From: a virus
Taxonomy: Duplodnaviria > Caudoviricetes
IMG/VR virus record: IMGVR_UViG_3300005841_000939
Reading direction: 5' to 3' (one strand)
DNA length: 64,000 nucleotides
A program made the position numbers and the translations under genes. Positions within the stretch are counted from its first letter, which is position 1; each line of letters starts with the position of its first letter. Of this stretch, positions 37,928-47,353 are shown one piece after another. The notes under the pieces are model-generated. The model made no database searches. It was not told the origin of the DNA and saw only the letters and a program-made list of their open reading frames with translations.

Positions 37928-39000
37928 CATCGAAGACGATGATTCGCTAATAAGCTCGAAAGAGTAAAAAGGTGGTCATCTGACATCGGGCTCTTTGATG
38001 CATAGGGTGCAGACAGAACGGATGAGTCTAAACCAGTAATGCCGGGTACGGTTGATCTAACGGTAACTCCATTTAACGTGTGGAAGCCCAAAGATACAAA
38101 GGCCATGCATGAACGGTGTTCAAAGCCGAACATAAGATAAGCCGGAAACTTCTGCAACACCGATTCCTGGGATAGCAAAAAAACATTTGCCACCCATATA
38201 CCCAGGAAAGAAATGGGTTCACATATCTAGGAAGGGGCGGATAGACCTTCATCCCTGGCTCTATGTGAAACATTAACATTGTGGTGGCAGCAGGCGCAGT
38301 TGGTGAAAGCCTATTGCGATTGAAAACCGAGACTCTGATTGATGCGTGGAGGGTAAAGGGCCGTAGATCCGCATCAATAAATTGACTAGTGGCATCTAGT
38401 CAGCATCTTATCCCATGCCAGGGATGTTGCTCCACGTTTGAAAATTCCTGTGGAGGACGATATAGCGGGTGTTAATAACACTCAAAATGTGCAGCGGAAT
38501 GCTGCATATATGCGTATCGGTGCAAGAGTAAGTCAATGCGCGTTATAGCAACGTCGCCTAGGTTTTGAGACAGGATCAGCCCAATAAAGGGGTTGGTCCT
38601 GTTAGTTTTTCCTTGCGGCCTTACCTGTTCTGGATACATTAAGGCATATGGCTGTGAGCATCAGGAAAATATCTGATTTTCATATGTTCCTGGAGATTCC
38701 AGGGCATAAGCTCATGCTTGTCACTGTCTTCGGACGCATGAGCATTTCCAATAAGCCAATGCCTCCAACCCATTCATATCAGATTATGCGAAGGAATAAT
38801 CATAATAGATCCTAATTACATCTATACATTTATTTCTGAGGCTGGCAATCGTGGCGCAGGAAATAGTGTTGATGCAGCAATCAGGTCGGCACTTGGTGTT
38901 GACGCTCCTAAAAACCTGAAATATGGAAAATATGAATTGAGCAAGCCTCCAAGTACATATTTTAGGTCTTGTGATATTTTCCAGGTGCTTCACTCTGAAG
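37928..39000 (+). ncRNA. candidate large ornate structured ncRNA (~1.07 kb)
   Basis: No credible ORF; more than 10 stems, nested helices, GAAA and UUCG tetraloops; own promoter. Confidence 0.65.
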
Positions 39001-39144
39001 AAGAAGTCCTCATGGGGAAATTATACGTCTGAATTTTTGTTGCATTGTCTAGAAGCATGATATAGGATCCTGACAGTCCTGTTATCTTCTTGACTCAAAG
39101 ATGTCTAGGGTATATGAATAGTATTAAGCCCTAAAAGCATCCAT

Positions 39145-39384
39145 ATGTTTACTACTGCAACACATTATTACATTGTCTTCAAAGCAAGTAATGGAGAAGT
39201 CCTTTTCTTGCATGAGGATGATGATGGTTACAAGTTGCGTTTAAAGGCTGATAATGATGATTCAATTTGCTGTTTTGAATTAGGATCGGAAGCACATTAC
39301 GAAATGGGTCGGGCTGAATTGACCTTTCCGAAAATAAGGCTTGAAATCCTTCCTGAGGCGTGTACAGTGTGCGTAAGAAAGTGA
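39145..39384 (+). CDS. hypothetical protein
   Basis: ORF. Confidence 0.65.
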   Translation: MFTTATHYYIVFKASNGEVLFLHEDDDGYKLRLKADNDDSICCFELGSEAHYEMGRAELTFPKIRLEILPEACTVCVRK

Positions 39385-39392
39385 ATCATACC

Positions 39393-39953
39393 ATGAAGAA
39401 CATCCTCAACATTCTCTCACTGCTGGTCATCTGCATCGCGCCGATCCTGGCTGCTGATAGCAAGCCCACGCTCCCCGGAAAGGTGGCGTACGAAAAGGCC
39501 TTGGATGATGCAACCAAGGTGTTCACCCAGGCCAAGCTGAAGGCACTCGACAAGTTCAAGAAGGACCTCAAGAAGGCCCTCGCTGATGAAGTGAAGGCTG
39601 GCAATCTCGACAGTGCCAACGCCATTAACCTCGAAGTCAAGGCCCTCGATGACGAACAGGCCAAGCTGACGGGAATGGACGATGTCAATCCCAAGGTGGC
39701 CCTGCTCGGCAAATGGCTGGTCACCCGAACGGATGGCCATGTCGGTGTCTGGATCTTCAAGGAAGATCAGACAGTAGTGATGGATGGAAAGAACTTCAAT
39801 GGCAAATGGGCCATCGAAGGGACTGTCGCAAAAATCGTCTGGATGAACGATCCGACGAAGTGGGACACGTTCACGCTTCCGGTTAGTGACAAGACTTCGG
39901 GTGATGGCTGGAATATCCCGAAGGGTGGGTTGTCAGCAACGCGCCAGAAGTAA
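39393..39953 (+). CDS. secreted protein (signal peptide, helical domain, beta domain)
   Basis: N-terminal signal-like segment; KAGNLDSANAI helix motif; GC-rich codons; terminator 39960-39990. Confidence 0.7.
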   Translation: MKNILNILSLLVICIAPILAADSKPTLPGKVAYEKALDDATKVFTQAKLKALDKFKKDLKKALADEVKAGNLDSANAINLEVKALDDEQAKLTGMDDVNPKVALLGKWLVTRTDGHVGVWIFKEDQTVVMDGKNFNGKWAIEGTVAKIVWMNDPTKWDTFTLPVSDKTSGDGWNIPKGGLSATRQK

Positions 39954-40182
39954 ACCAGAAAAGATGGATCGTAATTGATCCATCTTTTTTTACCTTTATA
40001 CTCGGACCATGAACTATTGGGATTTTGTCAAAGAGTTTTTTACCTCAGAAGCTGGGCAATGGTTCAGTATGTGCCTTTTCCTTTCTATCATGCTTATTCT
40101 TTCAATCAAGGGGTATCATTGGATTAGGGATCATATCTAAAATAAGGTTTGACTTAGGAATTTGGGCCTTATACTCAATATT

Positions 40183-40413
40183 ATGAGCGAGCAACAACCC
40201 ATCAAAAATGCTCCCCGTGATGGTTCGGTAATCCTTACCAATGACGGCCCTGCTCGTTATGTGGATACCGGAAGTTGGGGTGAGCCTACTCCAATCGGTT
40301 GGTATCTCTGTTCACCCAACGGCATTATTCCAACATGTTCAAAAGAAGGAATCGCAATCGCATTCCTCATTCCCAAGCTCTGGATCCCTCTTCCAAAATG
40401 GATGCAACCATGA
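40183..40413 (+). CDS. hypothetical protein (DUF551-like N-terminus)
   Basis: QPIKNAPRDGSVIL; TTGACT-N15-TATACT, leaderless. Confidence 0.65.
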   Translation: MSEQQPIKNAPRDGSVILTNDGPARYVDTGSWGEPTPIGWYLCSPNGIIPTCSKEGIAIAFLIPKLWIPLPKWMQP

Positions 40414-40751
40414 CTACTCCCATCCCTTTCGCCGAAGCTCTGGCAGGTTACGTCAAGACCGTGCAGGCCATCAATGATGAATACTACGCCAAGAACTTCC
40501 CCAATTCAACGGCAGTCAAATCGCCGCTGATCGTGACCGAAGAAGGTCCGAAGAGGGTGCGCATCATCAAGCAGGACCGAATCGGTGATAATCGTTCGGT
40601 GCATACGTTCATCGACAAGGCAACTGGTGACATCCTGAAGGCTGCTGGATGGAAAGCCCCTGCGCCCAATGGCAAGCGTGGCAATATCTACGATGTCAAC
40701 TATCCGAAGTGCATCAACTGGCATGGCGCCGAATATCTGAGGGGTGGCTGA
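40410..40751 (+). CDS. conserved phage hypothetical protein
   Basis: SVHTFIDKATGDILKAAGWKAPA..RGNI. Confidence 0.75.
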   Translation: MTTPIPFAEALAGYVKTVQAINDEYYAKNFPNSTAVKSPLIVTEEGPKRVRIIKQDRIGDNRSVHTFIDKATGDILKAAGWKAPAPNGKRGNIYDVNYPKCINWHGAEYLRGG

Positions 40752-40753
40752 TT

Positions 40754-40906
40754 ATGTCAATCATCCACATCCTGCAAGATAACCAGCGCATACCTCCGGT
40801 GAAGCCACCAACGAAAATGCCTTGGAAGGAAGCTTGCAGGCGTTGCAAGCAGTTCAATATCCAATATCCGAAAGGGTCAAATGTTAAGGCCAAAGTAGGA
40901 CAATAA
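40754..40906 (+). CDS. small hypothetical protein
   Basis: Packed ORF. Confidence 0.5.
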   Translation: MSIIHILQDNQRIPPVKPPTKMPWKEACRRCKQFNIQYPKGSNVKAKVGQ

Positions 40907-40908
40907 TC

Positions 40909-41187
40909 ATGGACATCGGAATTATCTGCCCAAGAACGCATGTTGCCTATTATCGTGGATGGCTTGCTGAACCATCAAAGCACAAAGCCATTAGCTTGAA
41001 ATATTTCGGAAAGGCACCAGTGCATCCTAACATCAAGCCTGAAGCTCAGGGCGTTTGGATGGAAAGTGAAATCTGGATCCTTGGTGTGTTCAATGTGAAA
41101 GAAGCAGAACGGCAACTTGATCTCCTGATAAATTTATGGTCAGGAAAGAATCCTGCTGATTGGCAATACAGAAGGACGAAGGACTAG
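40909..41187 (+). CDS. hypothetical protein
   Basis: ORF. Confidence 0.65.
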   Translation: MDIGIICPRTHVAYYRGWLAEPSKHKAISLKYFGKAPVHPNIKPEAQGVWMESEIWILGVFNVKEAERQLDLLINLWSGKNPADWQYRRTKD

Positions 41188-41299
41188 AAATAGTCCTTTT
41201 TTTATTTGAACACCTAATCCCCTTTATCATGCTTTAAAGAATATCAAGGTATATTCCTATAAGGATTTTAAATGCCTTGACTTTATTAATTAAAGGTAT

Positions 41300-41557
41300 A
41301 TGTTACAAGTTACTATGCGTATTCGTACAAGTGTTTGGCTTCTAATTGCTGCTTTATTTTTGATTGGTGGATTATTTTTAGAATGGTCAACAATAAGTTA
41401 TGAAAAGGGGGTCATTAGTGAAAAATATAATGTTCCTGTTGATAAGTTAGAATTATGTTTTTTTGATCATAGACTTGGAAAGTATAAGCATTCAAGGACC
41501 TATGAATATGATGGAAAATATTATACGATTGATTGGTTTAATATTTCCGTAGAATAA
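41300..41557 (+). CDS. small membrane-anchored protein
   Basis: N-terminal TM. Confidence 0.6.
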   Translation: MLQVTMRIRTSVWLLIAALFLIGGLFLEWSTISYEKGVISEKYNVPVDKLELCFFDHRLGKYKHSRTYEYDGKYYTIDWFNISVE

Positions 41558-41597
41558 TCATTGACTTAAGGTAATAACCTTTTATATTGAACGCATC

Positions 41598-42341
41598 ATG
41601 GAAAATATTGATCGCGAAGCTATTATCCGTCGTGCTGCCAAGCTGGCCGCATTCAATGATAAGAATGCATCTCCTGAGGAAGCCATGCTCGCGGCAGAGC
41701 GTTTGGCGGCAATGCTCAAAGAAAACAATATGTCCATGCGGGATATTGATGTTGACCGAATCAAGAAGGGAATTCGTCAGGAAGCAGTACATGACCTGGA
41801 AAATCGTAGGAAGTGGGTTAGTTGGCTTTCATACGCAATTGCCACTGCCTGTGATTGCAAGGTCATTGTTGTTGAATATCCAACGTGCATTTATTATTTC
41901 GTTGGTTATGAGGAAGATGCAATTGTCGCTTCGTGGTTTTTCGAGCGTATGCGCGATATTCTTCCTGGTATCTGTGCAAAACACATGAAGGCATGGAAGA
42001 AAATTCCCCGTGCTGGATATTCAAGGGAATATCTCAGAGAAAAGCAGAAAGCTGAAAAGAACGGCTTCATGTCTGGTTTTTCCACCCGAATTGGTACGAA
42101 AATCCGTGATGTGATCAAGCCCAAGGAAGAAACGACAGAAAATCATAACGAATTTGCATTAATAGATTTGAAAAAGCAAGCTGTTGATGAAAAATACAAA
42201 GAATGGTTTCCTAAGGCATATCTATTAAAAAATAAAGAAAGATTTTCGGAAGAAGGAAAGAAAGCTGGCGCCGAAGCTGCTGAAAAGGTCAGCGTCAATA
42301 TCCCTCTTCCAGAAACCATGGAACACAAGAGGTTGACATAA
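41598..42341 (+). CDS. DUF2786-domain protein
   Basis: IIRRAAKLAAF..ASPEEAMLAAERLAAMLKENN. Confidence 0.75.
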   Translation: MENIDREAIIRRAAKLAAFNDKNASPEEAMLAAERLAAMLKENNMSMRDIDVDRIKKGIRQEAVHDLENRRKWVSWLSYAIATACDCKVIVVEYPTCIYYFVGYEEDAIVASWFFERMRDILPGICAKHMKAWKKIPRAGYSREYLREKQKAEKNGFMSGFSTRIGTKIRDVIKPKEETTENHNEFALIDLKKQAVDEKYKEWFPKAYLLKNKERFSEEGKKAGAEAAEKVSVNIPLPETMEHKRLT

Positions 42342-42383
42342 AAAATGTGTTGACCTTTTAAATCAAGGTCTTACACTTTAATT

Positions 42384-42659
42384 ATGAACAAGGGAACCAT
42401 CATCAATCAAGAAGGTGTTCGTGTTGGTCACTGGACCGATTCCACCCTCTCCCCTGGTGCAAAAACTTTTGAAATTATGGTGAATGGTCAATGGTATTCG
42501 GCACGCAGCAAGTCGGATCCCAATGAAACGTTTTCAAGTGCAATTCACAACGAATCATGGTTGCTGGTGTCATCGGATAAGAGCACCCCGCCATTCACTA
42601 CCCGCAACATCATCTGTCATTTTCTGAACAAAAACCAACTTTATCTGATGGACAACTGA
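42384..42659 (+). CDS. hypothetical protein
   Basis: TTGACC-N16-TACACT, leaderless. Confidence 0.7.
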   Translation: MNKGTIINQEGVRVGHWTDSTLSPGAKTFEIMVNGQWYSARSKSDPNETFSSAIHNESWLLVSSDKSTPPFTTRNIICHFLNKNQLYLMDN

Positions 42660-42661
42660 TC

Positions 42662-43108
42662 ATGGCAAAATACTACGTCCAGGCCTTCTATGCTGATGGT
42701 CGCCCCATCTTGGGAAATGGCGATGGTCAGACTGTCATCAAAGCCAAGAAGCCTCTCCTGACTGATGCATGGAAGCGGATCGAAAAACTTCCCCTCAGCA
42801 TGCTGACGATGCACAAAGGAGACATCAAATATCAACTGGTCACCGAATATGGTACGGTCCTGCGAACTGTCATCCGTTCGGCAACTGCTGTGGAAACCGA
42901 ATGGTCAAAGCTGGCCCCGCTTCGTCAGCAATGGCATGATGTGAAAAAGCAGGGAAAGCGTTTGATGGTGCAGATTGATGGTGGCCACATGAGGCTTCCC
43001 GTCACTGGATTCCGTGAGCATCCGCAGTATGGAACTGCACAATTCCAAGTCTCAGGCCGGCAGTGGAACTATCTGAATGCTGCTTTATTCACCTTCTTCG
43101 GAGAATGA
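42662..43108 (+). CDS. hypothetical protein
   Basis: ORF. Confidence 0.7.
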   Translation: MAKYYVQAFYADGRPILGNGDGQTVIKAKKPLLTDAWKRIEKLPLSMLTMHKGDIKYQLVTEYGTVLRTVIRSATAVETEWSKLAPLRQQWHDVKKQGKRLMVQIDGGHMRLPVTGFREHPQYGTAQFQVSGRQWNYLNAALFTFFGE

Positions 43109-43110
43109 TC

Positions 43111-43374
43111 ATGAGTGAGTCCTTTTCGGTTCGTCTCAATCTGAACTATGAAAATGTTGGCGATTCCGCTAACAACTTAGTCAGTGATACCAAGGACGTT
43201 AATGTGAATGCACTCCCTTCCCAAGGAGTGACTATTTACATGGAAACGAAAACTCATCAGATTGAGGGAGTTGTTACTCGCCCTCCCCATTTGATGATCA
43301 TCGGCCCGTTTACTGGCACGTACCTCATTCATGTTCAGGTCACCAGTTACAAAGCCAGGCAGACCAAGGCCTAA
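43111..43374 (+). CDS. hypothetical protein
   Basis: Packed ORF. Confidence 0.6.
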   Translation: MSESFSVRLNLNYENVGDSANNLVSDTKDVNVNALPSQGVTIYMETKTHQIEGVVTRPPHLMIIGPFTGTYLIHVQVTSYKARQTKA

Positions 43375-43544
43375 GCAGCGTCAAACGATTCCTCAATCCG
43401 TTCAATCTGAGATAAGGACAAGTGGATTCCCCATTTGTCCTTTATCTTTTTTTGCAGTTCCACACCATTATTGTCAAGGATGAGGGTTTCAAGCTCCTTC
43501 TGGCTGATTGAATGCTTTTCGGAGATGCGTTGCCAGTAAATCAT
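43371..43544 (-). CDS. small hypothetical protein
   Basis: Behind class II variant TTGACA-N11-CATATTA (43604-43581). Confidence 0.45.
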   Translation of the reverse strand: MIYWQRISEKHSISQKELETLILDNNGVELQKKIKDKWGIHLSLSQIERIEESFDAA

Positions 43545-43653
43545 AAGGGTAGCCTGAAAGGGGTGGTGTTCCCAATGTGCTAATATGCTTATTGCATCTG
43601 TCAACAACCAAAAAATAGTTTGTGTCCTTGAATATAAGGTGTAGTATGCATAT

Positions 43654-43866
43654 ATGACAACCAAGGTTACGAAAATAAACAACCCAGGTTGTGCTGCTCC
43701 CTGCTTCAAAGCAGAATCCTCAGAGGAACTTACAGACACTATCTGTGAGGATCTACAGCATAAAGCAGGATATCCTCCTGCTGGCTATGGAATGAGCCGA
43801 GTCAAGTACGAAAAAGAAGGTGATACTTTCATCGCCACATGGTCCTGTCTCCCTTCAAGTGACTGA
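43654..43866 (+). CDS. hypothetical protein
   Basis: ORF. Confidence 0.6.
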   Translation: MTTKVTKINNPGCAAPCFKAESSEELTDTICEDLQHKAGYPPAGYGMSRVKYEKEGDTFIATWSCLPSSD

Positions 43867-43876
43867 AAGGTCATAC

Positions 43877-44080
43877 ATGCTGCTCATGTCATCCAATGCG
43901 TTCCTCCCTCATCACCTTTCAGTCCTGAATGAACGTGGTGAAATCAACCGAGTTCAAAAAGGAGTGTTCATCAATGTCACCAAGGTTAATAAATCGTTGG
44001 TGCAAGTGAATTTCTCAAAGATTCAGGATGCTGAATTCATCGTGCAGCCCTCTCAGGAGGTGGTGGCTGGTGGGGTCTAA
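43877..44080 (+). CDS. hypothetical protein
   Basis: ORF. Confidence 0.55.
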   Translation: MLLMSSNAFLPHHLSVLNERGEINRVQKGVFINVTKVNKSLVQVNFSKIQDAEFIVQPSQEVVAGGV

Positions 44081-44235
44081 CCCTGCCTTCACCTCGCGGC
44101 TGCCGTTAGTTATCATGCTTGAGGGTAGATGCAAGGATGAAGGTGAGAAGGAATGTCTACGGAAAACATCCTTGACTCCTAGAAAGAGTGTGCATGATGC
44201 GAGGTATCACCCATACCCATACAAGGGAAACGACC

Positions 44236-45021
44236 ATGACTGCTACTCTCATCGCCCACGCCGGATCGTATGTCGCCACCAAGGACCAGGTCTACGGCAG
44301 CAAGCCGGTGATGGATGCGTCCAAGACCTACGATCCCATCGGCCACGGACGCTTCGTGGACCTCATCGAGGAGGGCCTGGAGCGCAATAAGTGGAACGTC
44401 GCCAAGCGTTCCTACGCCCTCGGGAAGGAAGGCAATGGTCAGCTCTTCGGAGCGTATGACCTGGTCGCATCGGGCAACGCTGGCCACACGCTGTGTCTCG
44501 GCTTCCGCAACAGCACGGACAAGTCGCTGCAGGCTGGTCTGGCGTGCGGATCGCGTGTCTTCGTGTGCGATAATCTCGCATTCTCCTCGGACATCGTCAT
44601 CCAGACCAAGCATCGCGCCCACGTCCAGGAGAATCTGCCCAACCTGATCGACAAGGGCCTGGAAAAGTTCCTGATCGATGGCGCCGAACAGGAGAAGGAG
44701 TTCGCTTTCTGGAAGCAATTCCGGATCGATGTCGCTTCGGCCAGCAATCTCATCTGTCAGGCTGCTGAGGAGAAGGTGATCCATTCCGAACGTCTCATCA
44801 TCCCCGTGCGTGCTGAATTCATCAAGCCCCGTTTCAACGAATTCAATGACGGTGGGACGGCCTGGAGCCTGTACAACGCTTTCACCACGATTCATCGCCA
44901 TGTCCGTACTGATGTCGAGCCGGTGAACCAGTTCGGTGCGTTGAAGCTGACGCATGCGTTCATGCGCAAGGTGGCCCCGATGCCCAAGGAAACCACCCCG
45001 GCGGATGCGCTGGCCAACTGA
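44236..45021 (+). CDS. DUF932/DUF945-like protein
   Basis: LCLGFRNSTDKS..GSRVFVCDNLAF..KHR..WSLYNAFT; terminator 45031-45064. Confidence 0.75.
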   Translation: MTATLIAHAGSYVATKDQVYGSKPVMDASKTYDPIGHGRFVDLIEEGLERNKWNVAKRSYALGKEGNGQLFGAYDLVASGNAGHTLCLGFRNSTDKSLQAGLACGSRVFVCDNLAFSSDIVIQTKHRAHVQENLPNLIDKGLEKFLIDGAEQEKEFAFWKQFRIDVASASNLICQAAEEKVIHSERLIIPVRAEFIKPRFNEFNDGGTAWSLYNAFTTIHRHVRTDVEPVNQFGALKLTHAFMRKVAPMPKETTPADALAN

Positions 45022-45314
45022 GGCCAAACGAAAGATCCCTGGACTAACCACCCAGGGATTTTTTACCTGCAAAATTCCTGCGTTTTTTCAAGAATTTATG
45101 GCGGCTATCATGTTTTCTCTAGTTGTCAAGGAATCCTTTAAAAGTGGTTGCCTTATATAAGAAGAAAGGGGTCGTTCCGAACTGATTAGGAAGACCTACG
45201 AAATATTCCTTGACCTTGAAATAGAGGCATTAGATTGAACACATAACCCAAGCATGGGAAATGTAGCAAAGCTACCAAACCCCATGCGCAACTTCCCAAG
45301 AAAGGGAATGCATC

Positions 45315-45944
45315 ATGCGTAAGCTCATCTCTGTCCTCGTCGGTTCGGACACCAAGTACATCGGTGATCGCAACGGCTCCACCCTCGTCGCTCGCATGTC
45401 GGATGCCCATCGCTTCAACAGCGGTTCGGCCGAGCAGCGCGCCAAGGACTTCAAGTCCAGCGACTTCATCAAGCAGGCCGGTGGCACCACCCTGGTGGTG
45501 ATCGATGACGAGGGCAAGGCCAAGTCGGCCAGCGCCAAGGACGCGAAGGCCCCCAAGGCGAAGCGTGGTCGCCCGGCCAAGGCCACGACCGAGAAGGTCA
45601 AGGGCAAGCCGGGTCGCAAGCCCAAGGCCGAGAAGGTCGAGAAGGTGGCCAGCGGCAAGCGTGGTCGCCCGGCTGGTGCGGTCAGCGCCCTGATCGGCAA
45701 GCGCCAGATGGGCATGCTGATCGAGGACCTGAAGGCGGGGCTGCTCCCCTCGCTGCTGGAAGCGATCAAGGCCATCGTGATCCCCGCCCCGGCGGTGCCC
45801 GCGGTCGCCACCCCGTCGGCTCGTCGCGCCCCCGCCAAGGAAAAGGCCCAGGTCGCGGCCCCCGCGACGAATGCCCAGGGTGACCAGGCGAACGCCAGCG
45901 CCCAGGTCCAGACCCCGGCGACCAGCGGTACCCCGGCGGCCTGA
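45315..45944 (+). CDS. histone H1-like Lys/Ala-rich protein with AT-hook-like motifs
   Basis: KRGRPAK, KPGRKPK, KRGRPAG; very GC-rich codons; terminator 45961-46004. Confidence 0.7.
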   Translation: MRKLISVLVGSDTKYIGDRNGSTLVARMSDAHRFNSGSAEQRAKDFKSSDFIKQAGGTTLVVIDDEGKAKSASAKDAKAPKAKRGRPAKATTEKVKGKPGRKPKAEKVEKVASGKRGRPAGAVSALIGKRQMGMLIEDLKAGLLPSLLEAIKAIVIPAPAVPAVATPSARRAPAKEKAQVAAPATNAQGDQANASAQVQTPATSGTPAA

Positions 45945-46042
45945 TACAGCGAACTCGGCAAAGAGAAGCCCTGGGGTGTAAAAACCCTGGGGCTTCTCTT
46001 TTTTCGTTGACATTTGACCTTACCTGTTAAACTGGCGGTAGC

Positions 46043-46495
46043 ATGAGTAGAAAAAATGTTAAATGGAGGAATGGGAGTATTCTCCCCGAACATGCTAGGG
46101 CGCTAGAAACTTTTCACCTGCCCAAAGAGATAGCAACCTTTATTCCGCCAACTGTTGGAACTCATCAGATTAACCATCGCTTTACCGTCACCATCCAGGG
46201 AAGTATGGCAATCAGACAATCATATGAAGAAATGGTCCCTATTGGTTTGGATATGCGTTTAGCTTTTGCTACAGCCATGAACCATATCCCTAAAGAGCAA
46301 TGGGAAACGGTATGGAATGCAATTGCAAACGCCATGGAAAACCCCTTAGCGTTCAATCAAATTGCTGATCGTATCATTGATGAAGCAGAAACACACATCC
46401 CGAATGCTCAAGTAAAGATTCCCCAATCAAAAAGAGGGCCGACATTGTGGGCAAAAGATACAAAAATAAATGTTGAAGTTGAAGAACTTGAATAA
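46043..46495 (+). CDS. hypothetical protein
   Basis: TTGACA-N15-TAAACT upstream. Confidence 0.7.
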   Translation: MSRKNVKWRNGSILPEHARALETFHLPKEIATFIPPTVGTHQINHRFTVTIQGSMAIRQSYEEMVPIGLDMRLAFATAMNHIPKEQWETVWNAIANAMENPLAFNQIADRIIDEAETHIPNAQVKIPQSKRGPTLWAKDTKINVEVEELE

Positions 46496-46594
46496 TTTTT
46501 TAATTTCCTCCAATGTCATCTATCATGCTTATATGAAATGTCCATAGGAATTTGAACATAAAAATATTGTTGACATAGGTTTATATTCTCCACA

Positions 46595-47353
46595 ATGGAC
46601 GTATCACCACATAGGAACGCAATCATGGGCGATGAAGCTGATGCACTTTGGGAAATCTACACTGATGTCGGTCCCGACGTTACGTGCAAATTCTGTGGCA
46701 AGGGAAACCTGCTGTGGGATCAAGCCTCCAACGGGAAGTTTTTCCTGACAGATGAAGACGGCACCATGCATACGTGCTTGCGCAAGCGTCTTCCGAAGTT
46801 CCGGCCCAGCATGATCCAACCCCCTCCTGGCCAAGCTGAACACTCCCAGGAAACTCTTGACATCCTCAATAGCCCACAAGTCAGCAAGCTCCTGCGCTAC
46901 AAAGGTCAAGCTGTCAAGCTCAAAAAGATCAAGGAGTGCAAGCTGCTGGCGGCCCATCGCGGTAAGGTGATCGTCACCAAGGAAAGCGAATACGTCACCC
47001 GCATCGGCATCAGCTACAACAACATGCAGGACGTTATTCGCAAACGGCAAACTGGTGAATTGCCTGCGACTCCCCAGCCGATGGCATGGGGTGAATGGGT
47101 TCCTGGTCTGGAAAACTACGTCAAGCGCCATACCAAGGATGGTGTTGTCCACCTGTACTTCCGCTGCTATACTGTCAAGGGAGACTTGAAGCACAGCAAG
47201 GCCCGGTACTACGTGAATGGTAAGGAAGTTACCAAGGAAGAAGCGCAGGTGTACTGCACCAAGTTCGCTGATGAATTCACTGACAACCAGGACTGTTTTG
47301 ACATCCACATCAAGGACATGGTTGAAGTCAACGGCGAAAACATCCAGGCCTGA
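46595..47353 (+). CDS. Zn-ribbon plus conserved phage domain
   Basis: TCKFCG..HTC. Confidence 0.7.
   Translation: MDVSPHRNAIMGDEADALWEIYTDVGPDVTCKFCGKGNLLWDQASNGKFFLTDEDGTMHTCLRKRLPKFRPSMIQPPPGQAEHSQETLDILNSPQVSKLLRYKGQAVKLKKIKECKLLAAHRGKVIVTKESEYVTRIGISYNNMQDVIRKRQTGELPATPQPMAWGEWVPGLENYVKRHTKDGVVHLYFRCYTVKGDLKHSKARYYVNGKEVTKEEAQVYCTKFADEFTDNQDCFDIHIKDMVEVNGENIQA

Noticed and set aside
37990-38110. Resemblance of GGATGAGTCTAAAC..CGGGTACG to group II intron domain I, and of ACGGTAACTCC to RNase P RNA
   Set aside because: Short partial matches only; no domain V (GAGCCG..CGGTTC), no RT ORF, and no GAGGAAAGTCC/CCGGCTTA pair in the right order.
38073-38993. Short - strand ORFs (37909-38193, 38073-38279, 38784-38993) in the large ncRNA region
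   Set aside because: No RBS or promoter and no protein-like signature; the + strand promoter and G-U pairs favour an RNA.
45186-46093. Long - strand ORFs (275 aa, 273 aa) opposite 45315, and similar ones at 44179-45072, 56559-57293, 59120-59815
   Set aside because: Antisense shadows of GC-rich coding genes; no promoters or RBS, unnatural composition.
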